This document shows, piece after piece, positions 1 to 12,251 of a stretch of 64,000 bases of DNA. Below the pieces are notes generated by a model, which had not been told where the DNA came from, searched no databases, and was given only the letters and a program-made list of their open reading frames with translations. The DNA is from Escherichia coli (GTDB lineage: Bacteria > Pseudomonadota > Gammaproteobacteria > Enterobacterales > Enterobacteriaceae): assembly GCF_036507355.1 (NCBI RefSeq), contig NZ_AP027877.1; one strand, given 5' to 3'. The translations under genes were made by a program, and so were the position numbers. Every line of letters begins with the position of its first letter. The stretch's first letter is position 1.

Positions 1-864
1 TACAGCTTCATCCAGCGCGCACGGGACAGAGGCCGCAGAGGTATTACCGTGGCGATCCAGCGTCACCACGACATTGTCCATCGACATACCGAGTTTTTTC
101 GCCGTTGCACTGATAATACGCAGGTTTGCCTGATGCGGAACCAGCCAGTCCAGTTGAGAACGGTCAAGATTATTCGCCGCCAGCGTCTCATCAACGATGT
201 GCGCCAGTTCCGTTACCGCAACCTTGAAGACTTCGTTGCCCGCCATCGTCAGATGAATTGAATTCTCTGGATTCACACGGTCAGCATTAGGCAGCGTCAG
301 CAACTCACCATAGCTACCGTCGGCATGCAGATGGGTGGAGATGATTCCCGGCTCTTCAGAGGCAGCCAGCACCGCAGCGCCCGCGCCATCGCCAAAAATA
401 ATAATAGTCCCACGGTCTGTTGGATCGCAGGTGCGCGCCAGTACATCGGAACCGACGACCAGAGCATACTTCACCGCCCCAGATTTCACGTATTGATCGG
501 CTACGCTTAATGCATAGGTGAAACCTGCGCAGGCTGCTGCAACGTCAAATGCCGGGCAACCTTTAATGCCCAGCATGCTTTGAATCTGACAAGCTGCGCT
601 CGGGAAAGCGTGCGTAGCAGAAGTCGTTGCCACAACGATCAGGCCAATCTGGTCTTTCTCAATGCCCGCCATCTCAATTGCGCGTGTCGCCGCTTCAAAG
701 CCCATGGTTGAAACGGTTTCGTTTGGCGCAGCAATGTGGCGTTCGCGGATACCGGTACGAGTGACAATCCACTCGTCAGAGGTGTCCACCATTTTTTCCA
801 AATCGGCGTTTGTCCGCACTTGTTCGGGCAGATAGCTGCCAGTACCAATAATCTTCGTATACAT
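1..864 (-). CDS. fabH: 3-oxoacyl-ACP synthase III, C-terminus lies beyond window start
   Basis: Minus-strand ATG at 862-864; translation begins [38 protein letters not shown]; position upstream of plsX fits the fab cluster. Confidence 0.92.
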
Positions 865-931
865 GTACGCTCAGTCACTTTTCGGTTATATACCGTCACT
901 TGCAAACTGCGAGTTCGCTGGCAGCGTCCTG

Positions 932-2002
932 CTACCGCAGAGTTCCGCTTTTGCCACCGTCCAGCAGCTCAAAACCAGCTGGGTATACAGATTCCAGGCG
1001 AGCGGCAATTCGCTGAGGAACTTGTCGCTGCACCGCCTGCACTGCCTGTTCAATCGCGACCGCAAAAGCTCGCTGATTGGCTGCACCATGACTTTTTATC
1101 ACCGTGCCGCGCAATCCTAACAGACAGGCGCCGTTATACTGGTCGGGGTTGAGGTGACTGAATCGCCTCGTCAGGCTCTTTTGTAGCCAACGCTTTAATA
1201 ACAGTAGCCACCACGACCGTTTTTTCCCTTCACCCTGAGATTTCAGCAGAGAAAGGAACATCCTGACAACACCTTCCATCGTCTTTAATGTGACATTTCC
1301 TGTAAAGCCGTCACAAACCAGCACATCTGTCTTGCCAGTTAACAACTCATTGGCTTCAAGATAGCCGATATAATTGATAGAAGGGATTGTTTTAAGCACC
1401 GCTGAGGCATCCCGAATACTATCGAGACCCTTTACTTCTTCTTCACCAATATTGAGCAACGCCACGCGAGGATTGGGAATTTCCACCACCTCTTCAGCCA
1501 GAACTGAGCCCATAATGGCAAATTGCACCAACATTGTGCTGTCACAATCGACGTTGGCCCCTAAGTCAAGGACCACCGTTTTGCCCTTTTGCTGATGTGG
1601 TAATACCGTCACCAGCGCCGGACGCTCAATCCCCTCCAGGGGCTTGAGTAATAATTTTGCCAGCCCCATCAGTGCCCCGGTATTACCGGCACTGACACAG
1701 GCTTGCGCTCGACCTTCTTTCACCAGCTCCAGGGCCACGCGCATTGAACTCCCACGACTGGCGCGGATAGCTTGCGAAGGCCGGGCATCACTGGCGATAA
1801 CTGACTGCGCAGGAATAATCTGCAGACGCGAACGTTGTTCAAAATCAGCTTTAGCAAGTAATGGCGTGATGGCGTCGGGATTGCCGACTAAAAGAAGAGT
1901 GAGTTGCGAATTAGAATTCAGTGCCTGCAATGCTGCAGGCACTGTCACGGAAGGGCCAAAATCCCCTCCCATGACATCTAACGCCAGGGTTAGACGTGTC
2001 AA
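932..2002 (-). CDS. plsX: Phosphate acyltransferase PlsX
   Basis: ORF track 356 aa, [18 protein letters not shown]-terminus; sits between rpmF and fabH. Confidence 0.95.
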
Positions 2003-2082
2003 GGTATCGTCGCCGCCCGGTTTGGTCTTTCCCCAGTTGCCTGGGGAAAATCCTCACTAAGCTTCATCACGCAGACGCGTGA

Positions 2083-2268
<186 letters not shown>

Positions 2269-2307
2269 TCAATTACGGTTTATCCCCGATCCAACGGGGA
2301 GCACCAA

Positions 2308-2841
<534 letters not shown>

Positions 2842-3027
2842 TTAACTTTGTAACGTCATAGAGTCAAAGAAAAAGGCAGCCTGTGGTTGCCTTTTGCCAA
2901 TAATTCGCACACATTGCGGGTTACTGCTTTATTTTCGTTCAGTGCTGATAACGAACATCAACCTGCAAAACGAAGCGCATAGTTTAAAATGGCTATCATC
3001 AATACGCTATATCTGATGGAAAAAAAT

Positions 3028-3612
3028 ATGCCTAAACTTATTTTAGCCTCCACCTCGCCCTGGCGTCGCGCTCTTCTGGAAAAACTGCAAATCTCTTTTG
3101 AATGTGCAGCACCCGAGGTCGACGAAACTCCACACAGCGACGAATCACCGCGACAGTTGGTGCTTCGACTGGCACAAGAAAAAGCGCAATCTCTGGCGTC
3201 ACGTTATCCGGATCATTTAATTATTGGTTCAGACCAGGTATGTGTTCTTGATGGCGAAATCACCGGTAAACCGTTAACGGAAGAAAATGCCCGTCTGCAA
3301 TTACGCAAAGCCAGCGGCAATATCGTCACCTTCTATACTGGACTGGCGTTGTTTAATTCGGCGAATGGGCATCTACAAACAGAAGTGGAGCCTTTTGACG
3401 TCCATTTCCGTCACCTGAGCGAGGCGGAGATTGATAATTACGTGCGTAAAGAGCATCCCCTGCACTGCGCGGGTAGCTTTAAGAGTGAAGGATTTGGCAT
3501 TACTCTGTTTGAGCGTTTAGAGGGGCGTGATCCTAACACGCTGGTTGGTTTACCGCTAATCGCGCTGTGTCAGATGTTACGTCGGGAAGGGAAAAACCCG
3601 CTGATGGGATAG
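3028..3612 (+). CDS. yceF: Maf-like nucleotide pyrophosphatase
   Basis: ORF track 2989..3612; start moved to the internal [20 protein letters not shown], giving 194 aa. Confidence 0.88.
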   Translation: MPKLILASTSPWRRALLEKLQISFECAAPEVDETPHSDESPRQLVLRLAQEKAQSLASRYPDHLIIGSDQVCVLDGEITGKPLTEENARLQLRKASGNIVTFYTGLALFNSANGHLQTEVEPFDVHFRHLSEAEIDNYVRKEHPLHCAGSFKSEGFGITLFERLEGRDPNTLVGLPLIALCQMLRREGKNPLMG

Positions 3613-3620
3613 TTTTTTGC

Positions 3621-3692
3621 GCCGGATGTGGTTACTTCGCATCCGGCAATCGGTGCTGGCGGCCTGATGCGGCGTAAACGCCTTATCAGGCC
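3621..3692. repeat. REP/BIME-type palindromic elements in the convergent yceF-rluC gap
   Basis: gccggatgtggttacttcgcatccggc followed by ggcctgatgcggcgtaaacgccttatcaggcc, both imperfect palindromes of the classic REP pattern. Confidence 0.6.
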
Positions 3693-3723
3693 AACCGCCC
3701 ATTATCAGGTTTATATGCTTGTA

Positions 3724-4683
3724 TTAGCGCGCGTTACGCAGCTTTTGCAAACAACGCTTCAAACCTTCATCCATCGGCGCTTCGATACGCATCACCTCAC
3801 CGGTCCCCGGATGGGTAAACTTCAACGCTGCGGCGTGCAGGAACAGACGATTTAATCCCGTGCCTGCTTCAGTGAGCTGTCTGTCAAATTCACGGTCACC
3901 GTAGCGATCGTCAAAGGCAATCGGATGACCCGCATACTGTGTATGCACACGGATCTGATGAGTACGCCCTGTTACCGGGCTACAACGCACCAGGGTGGCA
4001 AATACATAGCGTTCTTCCACTTTAAAGCGTGTTTCCGACGGTTTGCCTTCCTGACTTACACGCACGATACGTTCGCCGCTTTGCAGAATATTTTTCAGTA
4101 ACGGCGCTTGAACGCTCTTCACATGCGACTGCCACTGACCACGCACCAGCGCCAGGTAATCTTTTTGCATCCCTTTTTCACGTAATTGCTCATGCAGAGA
4201 ACGCAACGCCGAGCGTTTTTTCGCTACCAGCAACACACCTGAAGTGTCCCGGTCGAGACGATGAACCAGTTCAAGGAACCGCGCTTCCGGGCGCAACGCC
4301 CGCAAACCTTCAATAACGCCGAAGCTTAAACCACTGCCGCCATGTACCGCCGTACCGGAAGGTTTATTCAGCACCAGGATATGATCATCTTCATATAAGA
4401 TGACGTCCGCCAGCGCCGCCACCTTTTGCAGATGTGGCGAAACCGCCTCTTCTTCCCGCTCAGCAACGCGAACCGGTGGGATACGCACCTCATCACCCGC
4501 TTCGAGTTTATATTCAGGCTTAATACGTTTTTTGTTCACCCGCACTTCGCCTTTACGCAAAATACGGTAAATCATACTTTTTGGTACGCCTTTCAATTGG
4601 GTACGCAAAAAGTTATCGATACGTTGCCCCGCTTCGTCAGCGGTGATAGCAACAATTTTTACGGATGGAGTCTCTGTTTTCAT
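3724..4683 (-). CDS. rluC: 23S rRNA pseudouridine synthase RluC
   Basis: ORF track 319 aa, MKTETPSVKIVAITADEAGQRIDNFLR; RluA-family core. Confidence 0.95.
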   Translation of the reverse strand: MKTETPSVKIVAITADEAGQRIDNFLRTQLKGVPKSMIYRILRKGEVRVNKKRIKPEYKLEAGDEVRIPPVRVAEREEEAVSPHLQKVAALADVILYEDDHILVLNKPSGTAVHGGSGLSFGVIEGLRALRPEARFLELVHRLDRDTSGVLLVAKKRSALRSLHEQLREKGMQKDYLALVRGQWQSHVKSVQAPLLKNILQSGERIVRVSQEGKPSETRFKVEERYVFATLVRCSPVTGRTHQIRVHTQYAGHPIAFDDRYGDREFDRQLTEAGTGLNRLFLHAAALKFTHPGTGEVMRIEAPMDEGLKRCLQKLRNAR

Positions 4684-5255
4684 GGTTGGCGATTCTAATT
4701 AGCCAACAGGATTCGCGCCACTCATTTTTCTATGCTTATATTTACTTTTGCACCTTATTACTTCACTGCGTGATCACTTTATTGATGGTTATTAAACCAA
4801 TCACCAGCAAGAAGTGAAAAAACTGTGAGTAAGCGGGTGATAAATGGTAAAAGTCATCTTGCTATAACAAGGCTTGCAGTGGAATAATGAGGCCGTTTCC
4901 GTGTCCATCCTTGTTAAAACAAGAAATTTTACGGAATAACCCATTTTGCCCGACCGATCATCCACGCAGCAATGGCGTAAGACGTATTGATCTTTCAGGC
5001 AGTTAGCGGGCTGCGGGTTGCAGTCCTTACCGGTAGATGGAAATATTTCTGGAGAGTAATACCCAGTCTGTTTCTTTGATAATTGCGCTGTTTTTCCGCA
5101 TGAAAAACGGGCAACCGACACTCTGCGCCTCTTTGAGCTGACGATAACCGTGAGGTTGGCGACGCGACTAGACACGAGGCCATCGGTTCACACCCGGAAA
5201 GGCGTTACTTTGCCCGCAGCTTAGTCGTCAATGTAAGAATAATGAGTAAGTTACG
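4684..5255 (+). promoter_or_regulatory. rne promoter region and long 5' leader
   Basis: 570-bp non-coding gap upstream of rne; established knowledge that the rne leader is long, structured and autoregulated; promoter positions not determined here. Confidence 0.55.
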
Positions 5256-8200
5256 ATGAAAAGAATGTTAATCAACGCAACTCAGCAGGAAGAGTTGCGC
5301 GTTGCCCTTGTAGATGGGCAGCGTCTGTATGACCTGGATATCGAAAGTCCAGGGCACGAGCAGAAAAAGGCAAACATCTACAAAGGTAAAATCACCCGCA
5401 TTGAACCGAGTCTGGAAGCTGCTTTTGTTGATTACGGCGCTGAACGTCACGGTTTCCTCCCACTAAAAGAAATTGCCCGCGAATATTTCCCTGCTAACTA
5501 CAGTGCTCATGGTCGTCCCAACATTAAAGATGTGTTGCGTGAAGGTCAGGAAGTCATTGTTCAGATCGATAAAGAAGAGCGCGGCAACAAAGGCGCGGCA
5601 TTAACCACCTTTATCAGTCTGGCGGGTAGCTATCTGGTTCTGATGCCGAACAACCCGCGCGCGGGTGGCATTTCTCGCCGTATCGAAGGCGACGACCGTA
5701 CCGAATTAAAAGAAGCACTGGCAAGCCTTGAACTGCCGGAAGGCATGGGGCTTATCGTGCGCACCGCTGGCGTCGGCAAATCTGCTGAGGCGCTGCAATG
5801 GGATTTAAGCTTCCGTCTGAAACACTGGGAAGCCATCAAAAAAGCCGCTGAAAGCCGTCCGGCTCCGTTCCTGATTCATCAGGAGAGCAACGTAATCGTT
5901 CGCGCATTCCGCGATTACTTACGCCAGGACATCGGCGAAATCCTTATCGATAACCCGAAAGTGCTCGAGCTGGCACGTCAGCATATCGCTGCATTAGGTC
6001 GCCCGGATTTCAGCAGCAAAATCAAACTGTACACCGGCGAGATCCCGCTGTTCAGCCACTACCAGATCGAGTCACAGATCGAGTCCGCCTTCCAGCGTGA
6101 AGTTCGTCTGCCGTCTGGTGGTTCCATTGTTATCGACAGCACCGAAGCGTTAACGGCCATCGACATCAACTCCGCACGCGCGACCCGCGGCGGCGATATC
6201 GAAGAAACCGCGTTTAACACTAACCTCGAAGCTGCCGATGAGATTGCTCGTCAGCTGCGCCTGCGTGACCTCGGCGGCCTGATTGTTATCGACTTCATCG
6301 ACATGACGCCAGTACGCCACCAGCGTGCGGTAGAAAACCGTCTGCGTGAAGCGGTGCGTCAGGACCGTGCGCGTATTCAAATCAGCCATATTTCTCGCTT
6401 TGGCCTGCTGGAAATGTCCCGTCAGCGCCTGAGCCCATCACTGGGTGAATCCAGCCATCACGTCTGCCCGCGCTGCTCCGGTACCGGTACCGTGCGTGAC
6501 AACGAATCGCTGTCGCTCTCTATTCTGCGTCTGATCGAAGAAGAAGCGCTGAAAGAGAACACCCAGGAAGTTCACGCCATTGTTCCTGTGCCAATCGCTT
6601 CTTATCTGCTGAATGAAAAACGTTCTGCAGTGAATGCGATTGAAACTCGTCAGGACGGCGTGCGCTGTGTGATTGTGCCAAACGATCAGATGGAAACCCC
6701 GCACTACCATGTGCTGCGCGTGCGCAAAGGGGAAGAAACCCCAACCTTAAGCTACATGCTGCCGAAGCTGCATGAAGAAGCGATGGCGCTGCCGTCTGAA
6801 GAAGAGTTCGCTGAACGTAAGCGTCCGGAACAACCTGCGCTGGCTACCTTTGCCATGCCGGATGTGCCGCCAGCACCAACCCCAGCTGAACCTGCCGCGC
6901 CTGTCGTAGCCCCAGCACCTAAAGCTGCACCGGCAACACCAGCAGCTCCTGCACAACCTGGGCTGTTAAGCCGCTTCTTCGGTGCACTGAAAGCGCTGTT
7001 CAGCGGTGGTGAAGAAACCAAACCGACCGAGCAACCAGCACCGAAAGCAGAAGCGAAACCGGAACGTCAACAGGATCGTCGTAAGCCTCGTCAGAACAAC
7101 CGCCGTGACCGTAATGAGCGCCGCGATACCCGTAGTGAACGTACAGAAGGCAGCGATAATCGCGAAGAAAACCGTCGTAATCGTCGCCAGGCACAGCAGC
7201 AGACTGCCGAGACGCGTGAGAGTCGTCAGCAGGCTGAGGTAACGGAAAAAGCGCGTACCACCGACGAGCAGCAAGCGCCGCGTCGTGAACGTAGCCGCCG
7301 CCGTAATGATGATAAACGTCAGGCGCAACAAGAAGCGAAGGCGCTGAATGTTGAAGAGCAATCTGTTCAGGAAACCGAACAGGAAGAACGTGTACGTCCG
7401 GTTCAGCCGCGTCGTAAACAGCGTCAGCTCAATCAGAAAGTGCGTTACGAGCAAAGCGTAGCCGAAGAAGCGGTAGTCGCACCGGTGGTTGAAGAAACTG
7501 TCGCTGCCGAACCAATTGTTCAGGAAGCGCCAGCTCCACGCACAGAACTGGTGAAAGTCCCGCTGCCAGTCGTAGCGCAAACTGCACCAGAACAGCAAGA
7601 AGAGAACAATGCTGATAACCGTGACAACGGTGGCATGCCGCGTCGTTCTCGCCGCTCGCCTCGTCACCTGCGCGTAAGTGGTCAGCGTCGTCGTCGCTAT
7701 CGTGACGAGCGTTATCCAACCCAGTCGCCAATGCCGTTGACCGTGGCGTGCGCGTCTCCGGAACTGGCCTCTGGCAAAGTCTGGATCCGCTATCCAATTG
7801 TACGTCCGCAAGATGTACAGGTTGAAGAGCAGCGCGAACAGGAAGAAGTACATGTGCAGCCGATGGTGACTGAGGTCCCTGTCGCCGCCGCTATCGAACC
7901 GGTTGTTAGCGCGCCAGTTGTTGAAGAAGTGGCCGGTGTCGTAGAAGCCCCCGTTCAGGTTGCCGAACCGCAACCGGAAGTGGTTGAAACGACGCATCCT
8001 GAAGTGATTGCTGCCGCGGTAACTGAACAGCCGCAGGTGATTACCGAGTCTGATGTTGCCGTAGCCCAGGAAGTTGCAGAACAAGCAGAACCGGTGGTTG
8101 AACCGCAGGAAGAGACGGCAGATATTGAAGAAGTTGTCGAAACTGCTGAGGTTGTAGTTGCTGAACCTGAAGTTGTTGCTCAACCTGCCGCGCCAGTCGT

Positions 8201-8441
8201 CGCTGAAGTCGCAGCAGAAGTTGAAACGGTAGCTGCGGTCGAACCTGAGGTCACCGTTGAGCATAACCACGCTACCGCGCCAATGACGCGCGCTCCAGCA
8301 CCGGAATATGTTCCGGAGGCACCGCGTCACAGTGACTGGCAGCGCCCTACTTTTGCCTTCGAAGGTAAAGGTGCCGCAGGTGGTCATACGGCAACACATC
8401 ATGCCTCTGCCGCTCCTGCGCGACCGCAACCTGTTGAGTAA
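5256..8441 (+). CDS. rne: Ribonuclease E
   Basis: ORF track 1061 aa; N-terminal S1/catalytic region then Arg-rich, Pro/Ala-rich and acidic low-complexity C-terminal half. Confidence 0.97.
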   Translation: MKRMLINATQQEELRVALVDGQRLYDLDIESPGHEQKKANIYKGKITRIEPSLEAAFVDYGAERHGFLPLKEIAREYFPANYSAHGRPNIKDVLREGQEVIVQIDKEERGNKGAALTTFISLAGSYLVLMPNNPRAGGISRRIEGDDRTELKEALASLELPEGMGLIVRTAGVGKSAEALQWDLSFRLKHWEAIKKAAESRPAPFLIHQESNVIVRAFRDYLRQDIGEILIDNPKVLELARQHIAALGRPDFSSKIKLYTGEIPLFSHYQIESQIESAFQREVRLPSGGSIVIDSTEALTAIDINSARATRGGDIEETAFNTNLEAADEIARQLRLRDLGGLIVIDFIDMTPVRHQRAVENRLREAVRQDRARIQISHISRFGLLEMSRQRLSPSLGESSHHVCPRCSGTGTVRDNESLSLSILRLIEEEALKENTQEVHAIVPVPIASYLLNEKRSAVNAIETRQDGVRCVIVPNDQMETPHYHVLRVRKGEETPTLSYMLPKLHEEAMALPSEEEFAERKRPEQPALATFAMPDVPPAPTPAEPAAPVVAPAPKAAPATPAAPAQPGLLSRFFGALKALFSGGEETKPTEQPAPKAEAKPERQQDRRKPRQNNRRDRNERRDTRSERTEGSDNREENRRNRRQAQQQTAETRESRQQAEVTEKARTTDEQQAPRRERSRRRNDDKRQAQQEAKALNVEEQSVQETEQEERVRPVQPRRKQRQLNQKVRYEQSVAEEAVVAPVVEETVAAEPIVQEAPAPRTELVKVPLPVVAQTAPEQQEENNADNRDNGGMPRRSRRSPRHLRVSGQRRRRYRDERYPTQSPMPLTVACASPELASGKVWIRYPIVRPQDVQVEEQREQEEVHVQPMVTEVPVAAAIEPVVSAPVVEEVAGVVEAPVQVAEPQPEVVETTHPEVIAAAVTEQPQVITESDVAVAQEVAEQAEPVVEPQEETADIEEVVETAEVVVAEPEVVAQPAAPVVAEVAAEVETVAAVEPEVTVEHNHATAPMTRAPAPEYVPEAPRHSDWQRPTFAFEGKGAAGGHTATHHASAAPARPQPVE

Positions 8442-8461
8442 TAATTAGCTCAAGTAATCAA

Positions 8462-8489
8462 GCCCTGGTAACTGCCAGGGCTTTTTTAT
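8462..8489 (+). terminator. Intrinsic terminator after rne
   Basis: gccctggtaactgccagggc hairpin followed by a T-run. Confidence 0.6.
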
Positions 8490-8635
8490 TTCATCTTTGA
8501 ATCAACATATTAAAATTCATCGAATGGCATCCTTGCTAACCAACAATGCAAAATAGGCAAAAAAATGCCCGCCCCGGCGATCCCAGAGCAGGCAGACAAA
8601 ACATACCCAGTTTCATGATATGTTTTAAAGCGAAA

Positions 8636-9589
8636 TTATTTGTTGAGCTGGAAGAGCGACAATCCCTGCATATCGGTAAATGCTTTATACGATGCCTGCA
8701 ATGCCGTTTGCTGCATGATGTAAGATGAAATAGTTGCATTCCAGTCCACATCAACCAGATCGCTCATCTGCTGCGTTTGCCCTAAAGCGCGATCGCTACC
8801 TAATGAATCCAGCGACTCCAGTTCGTTCAGCTGCGTGCCTAATTCCGCGCGAACAGTCAGCACATTGTTCAGCGAGTTTTTCAGTCCGCGGTTGGTTTTA
8901 TCTAACGCCGCAGCGGCGGTTTCTTTATCCGCTTCGCTATCCGCGACCGGCGTTTTCAGGGCTGCGATGGCACTATCCAGCATGGCAAAAAGATTGGTTT
9001 CAGAAGCGCTACCGTCTGGTTCCGCTACCGCGTTGCTGGTAATACTGTCGAAAATTTTGTCACCCGTGTGCCCTATCACCATCGAACGCGAAGCATCGAC
9101 CTGTTGTTTAATACTTTCTGCTCCACCGACGTATTTCCCTTTCTCTTCGCTAAACGGCGCAGTCTCTGTTTTATAACCGGCAAAAATGTAGCGCCCGTTA
9201 CCGTCAGTGGTGTTCGCCAGATTCAGCAACTGGTCACGAAGCCCCTGAATATCCGTAGCCAGCGAGGCCCGGTCATCGTCACTCAAGGTGCCATTGCTGG
9301 CGTAGACAATTTTTTCCTGAGCATTCTGGATAGCAGTGGTGACCTGGCTAAGTACACTCTCTTCCAGTGACACTTTTTGAGTGGCGAAAGTACGTGCCAG
9401 CGTGTACTGGCTGTTTTGCGCCTGTGCCTGGGAGAGAACTACGGCTTGTGATGCTGCAATGGGATCGTCAGAAGGGTTAACGACTCGCTTACCCGTCGAC
9501 ATCTGCTCGCCGTACTTCATCCATTCTGCCTGAGAATTGGTGATGCCGCGCATGTTTTGCTCGTACATCATCTGGGTACTGAAACGCAT
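8636..9589 (-). CDS. flgL: Flagellar hook-associated protein 3
   Basis: ORF track 317 aa; flagellin-like N and C termini; follows flgK. Confidence 0.95.
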   Translation of the reverse strand: MRFSTQMMYEQNMRGITNSQAEWMKYGEQMSTGKRVVNPSDDPIAASQAVVLSQAQAQNSQYTLARTFATQKVSLEESVLSQVTTAIQNAQEKIVYASNGTLSDDDRASLATDIQGLRDQLLNLANTTDGNGRYIFAGYKTETAPFSEEKGKYVGGAESIKQQVDASRSMVIGHTGDKIFDSITSNAVAEPDGSASETNLFAMLDSAIAALKTPVADSEADKETAAAALDKTNRGLKNSLNNVLTVRAELGTQLNELESLDSLGSDRALGQTQQMSDLVDVDWNATISSYIMQQTALQASYKAFTDMQGLSLFQLNK

Positions 9590-9600
9590 TTTATCTCCCC

Positions 9601-11244
9601 TTAGCGAATGTTAATCAGCGCATCAAAAATCGCGTTTGCCGTCTGCAGAACCTGCGCATTCGCCAGGTAATACTGCTGAAAACGTTGCAGATTTCCGTAC
9701 TCCTCATCGAGATTGACACCGGAAATCGACTGCTGCTGATTGGAAAGCTGCGTCACCACATTACCTTGCGTGGTGCTACTGGTTTTCAACGTCGCGGTTT
9801 TATTACCGATATCACTCACTAACGAGGCATAAGCGTCGTTAAAGGATTTCGCACCGCCCACCGTTTTACTGTTGCTTTGCAGATCCAGCAGGGCCTGACC
9901 GTTGCGGTTGTCGCTATCACCCGCATCTTCTTCGCTCGCCATCGCGATTTTCGCTTCGTCGGTGATTAATACATCCATGTTGACGATGGCGTCACTTACT
10001 GGTTTCAGCGTGAAGCTGTCGTTAACGGCAGGCGTTCCTGTAAACGTCAACTCCAGACCATCAAATGCCACTTTACCGTTGGCATCTGGTGTCACCGTAA
10101 AAGTGGTATTGCTGGCAAGGCGGGTGACCTGCCACTGATTATTATCGAACGAGATTTTGTAATCTGTCGCCAGTACCGCGGAGGCATCAGTTACCGTGGC
10201 ACCGATCGCAACGTTACCGTTGTTTTTAGTGTTTTGCAGAACCGCGGGCTTACCGATAGCAAAGAAATCTTCACCCTCATCGCCGTTGGCATCAAATCCG
10301 GCTTTGTGTTGGGTGTTGAAAGCCTCAGCAAATGCCAGCGCCAGTTGTCCAAGCGTATTACGCGTCTGGTCCAGATCCTGAGAACGGAATGTCAGAATGC
10401 CGCCCAGCGACCCGGTATTCAGTAATTTCTCCGGGATCTCAATATTGCCTGCCGTCCCATCAACATAAGCGACAGTCGTACGAGAAGGGTCGGCGCTGGA
10501 AGGAACTGCCGCCAGTTGCCGCGCCGTACTTCCCTGAACCAGTGAGTAACCATTGGCCATCGTGATGTTATAAGTGCCGCCATCCTGAACGCTGACTTCT
10601 ACACCAACAATCTGGTTTAATTCGCTCACCAGTTGATCGCGTTGATCCAGCAGATTGTTAGGTGACGCCCCTGCCCCCACGCCTGTCAGACGCGAGATTT
10701 GATCGTTCAGGCTGGCAATTTGTTTAGCGTAATTGTTGATCTGATCAACGCTGGCACCTATCGCGATATTGACCTGTTTGTCCTGGTCACGAAGATACTG
10801 ATCGGTGGTTTTAAACTGATTCACCAACCCTTCTGATTTCCCAATCAGCGCCTGGCGCGCTGCCGGGTCTTCCGCGTTACTCACCAGCGTTTGCAGGCTG
10901 GTGAAGAAATCCTGCATCTGTGTTGCCAGCGAAGAGGTACTGGTGGAGAGCATATTGTCGATTTTCGACATCTGCTCATAGCGGGCAGTCAGGCCGCTAC
11001 TTTGCGTCTGCGCCGCACGTAACTGGTTGGTAATAAACGCATCATACTCACGCTGCACACCAGAAACGTAGACACCATTACCAACCCAGCCGCCAGCGCC
11101 CAACGTGCTATTGGCCTGCGCCATAATAGTGGTTTGGCGGGTATATCCGGCAACGTTATAGCTGGAGATATTATTACTTGCCGTATTTAACGCCGCCTGG
11201 GCCGCGTTCAGTCCGCTCATGGCGTTATTGATCAAGCTGGACAT
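9601..11244 (-). CDS. flgK: Flagellar hook-associated protein 1
   Basis: ORF track 547 aa, MSSLINNAMSGLNAAQAALNTASNNISS. Confidence 0.95.
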   Translation of the reverse strand: MSSLINNAMSGLNAAQAALNTASNNISSYNVAGYTRQTTIMAQANSTLGAGGWVGNGVYVSGVQREYDAFITNQLRAAQTQSSGLTARYEQMSKIDNMLSTSTSSLATQMQDFFTSLQTLVSNAEDPAARQALIGKSEGLVNQFKTTDQYLRDQDKQVNIAIGASVDQINNYAKQIASLNDQISRLTGVGAGASPNNLLDQRDQLVSELNQIVGVEVSVQDGGTYNITMANGYSLVQGSTARQLAAVPSSADPSRTTVAYVDGTAGNIEIPEKLLNTGSLGGILTFRSQDLDQTRNTLGQLALAFAEAFNTQHKAGFDANGDEGEDFFAIGKPAVLQNTKNNGNVAIGATVTDASAVLATDYKISFDNNQWQVTRLASNTTFTVTPDANGKVAFDGLELTFTGTPAVNDSFTLKPVSDAIVNMDVLITDEAKIAMASEEDAGDSDNRNGQALLDLQSNSKTVGGAKSFNDAYASLVSDIGNKTATLKTSSTTQGNVVTQLSNQQQSISGVNLDEEYGNLQRFQQYYLANAQVLQTANAIFDALINIR

Positions 11245-11277
11245 GGAGGTTCCTTATAAGCCTTCAATTACAGAGTA

Positions 11278-11304
11278 TTATCGGCAGCGACCCGCCGGAC
11301 TTGA
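11278..11304 (-). promoter_or_regulatory. Candidate sigma28 promoter for flgKL
   Basis: Minus strand reads GCCGATAA (-10 match) with a weak TCAAGTCC -35-like element 11 nt upstream, in the flgJ-flgK gap. Confidence 0.4.
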
Positions 11305-11309
11305 GTTAT

Positions 11310-12251
11310 TCAGAACAGATTATCAATGTTCATGCTGTAGGTTTTGCTCACCTTGTCGCTTATCGATTTCATCTGCTGAATCATGTTGGTGAGTTTACGG
11401 GCATAGTGAGGATCGGTGGCATAGCCCGCGTCCTGTAGGGCCTGCGCCCCCTGTTCCGCACTCGCGGCGGTCGTCACGGCAGCGTAGCGCGGGTTACGTG
11501 TTAACAGCCCAACGTAATCCGACAATGCTTCCAGATACGAGCTGTAGACCCGAAATTTCGCTTTTACTTTCTTCGCTTCGCCATTTTCATATTCAGTCGT
11601 GGTGATTTCAGTAACTGGCCCTTTCCAGTTGCCAGAGGCTTTGACGCCAAACAGGTTATAGCTCGGCTCGCCGTTTTCGCGGCGGATTTGCCGTTGCCCC
11701 CAACCAGATTCCAGCGCCGCCTGAGCGAGGATCAAATGATGTGGCACACCGCTTTGCTGGCTTGCCAGTTGGGCGGGCAGCGAGAGTTGCGCGAGGAATG
11801 CTTTACTGTCACCCGGCAGCGAATCATCGTAGTTACGTGGCACGGCTTTTTGCACCAGCTGCGAAAGCGCCTGGTTTTGATAACGCACCACGGTTTCGAG
11901 CGGGAATTTCATCGGTGCTGCTGACGTGGGCTCCTCTGGCAATGGTTGTTCTGGCGTCATCTGTTTAACCATCATCTCTGCAAGCCCCAGACCTTTGCCC
12001 GCCGTCATCTGTTGGGCAATCTGCTGGTCATACATACTGGTATACAGGCGAGTGTGCTCGCTGCTGAACAGGCCATCTTTTGGTAAAGCGTCGCGCATGC
12101 TTTTCAACATCATCTGCACGAACATCCCTTCCACCTGACGGGCCACCGGACGGATATTTGCCGCCGGGTCTTCGCCCGCTTTCGCCTTTAGTTCGTTGAG
12201 TGATTGCGCATCCCAGGCCGCACTTGCCAGTAGTTTGCTGTCGCTGATCAT
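11310..12251 (-). CDS. flgJ: Flagellar rod assembly protein / peptidoglycan hydrolase FlgJ
   Basis: ORF track 11310..12281; start placed at MISDSKLL, whose ATG overlaps the flgI stop by 1 nt. Confidence 0.9.
   Translation of the reverse strand: MISDSKLLASAAWDAQSLNELKAKAGEDPAANIRPVARQVEGMFVQMMLKSMRDALPKDGLFSSEHTRLYTSMYDQQIAQQMTAGKGLGLAEMMVKQMTPEQPLPEEPTSAAPMKFPLETVVRYQNQALSQLVQKAVPRNYDDSLPGDSKAFLAQLSLPAQLASQQSGVPHHLILAQAALESGWGQRQIRRENGEPSYNLFGVKASGNWKGPVTEITTTEYENGEAKKVKAKFRVYSSYLEALSDYVGLLTRNPRYAAVTTAASAEQGAQALQDAGYATDPHYARKLTNMIQQMKSISDKVSKTYSMNIDNLF

Noticed and set aside
4801-5183. Minus-strand ORFs (124 and 62 aa) in the rne leader, possibly the annotated yceQ
   Set aside because: Cys/His-rich odd composition, no ribosome-binding site, and they overlap the structured rne 5' leader; treated as non-coding.
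7000-8300. Periodic repeat-like DNA suggestive of a CRISPR or tandem-repeat array
   Set aside because: The periodicity is at codon level within the rne scaffold region; there are no constant-length direct repeats with unique spacers.
6966-8429. 487-aa minus-strand ORF antisense to rne
   Set aside because: Lies wholly inside the rne low-complexity C-terminal region; its Arg/Phe/Leu-rich translation is an artefact of codon periodicity and it has no start context.
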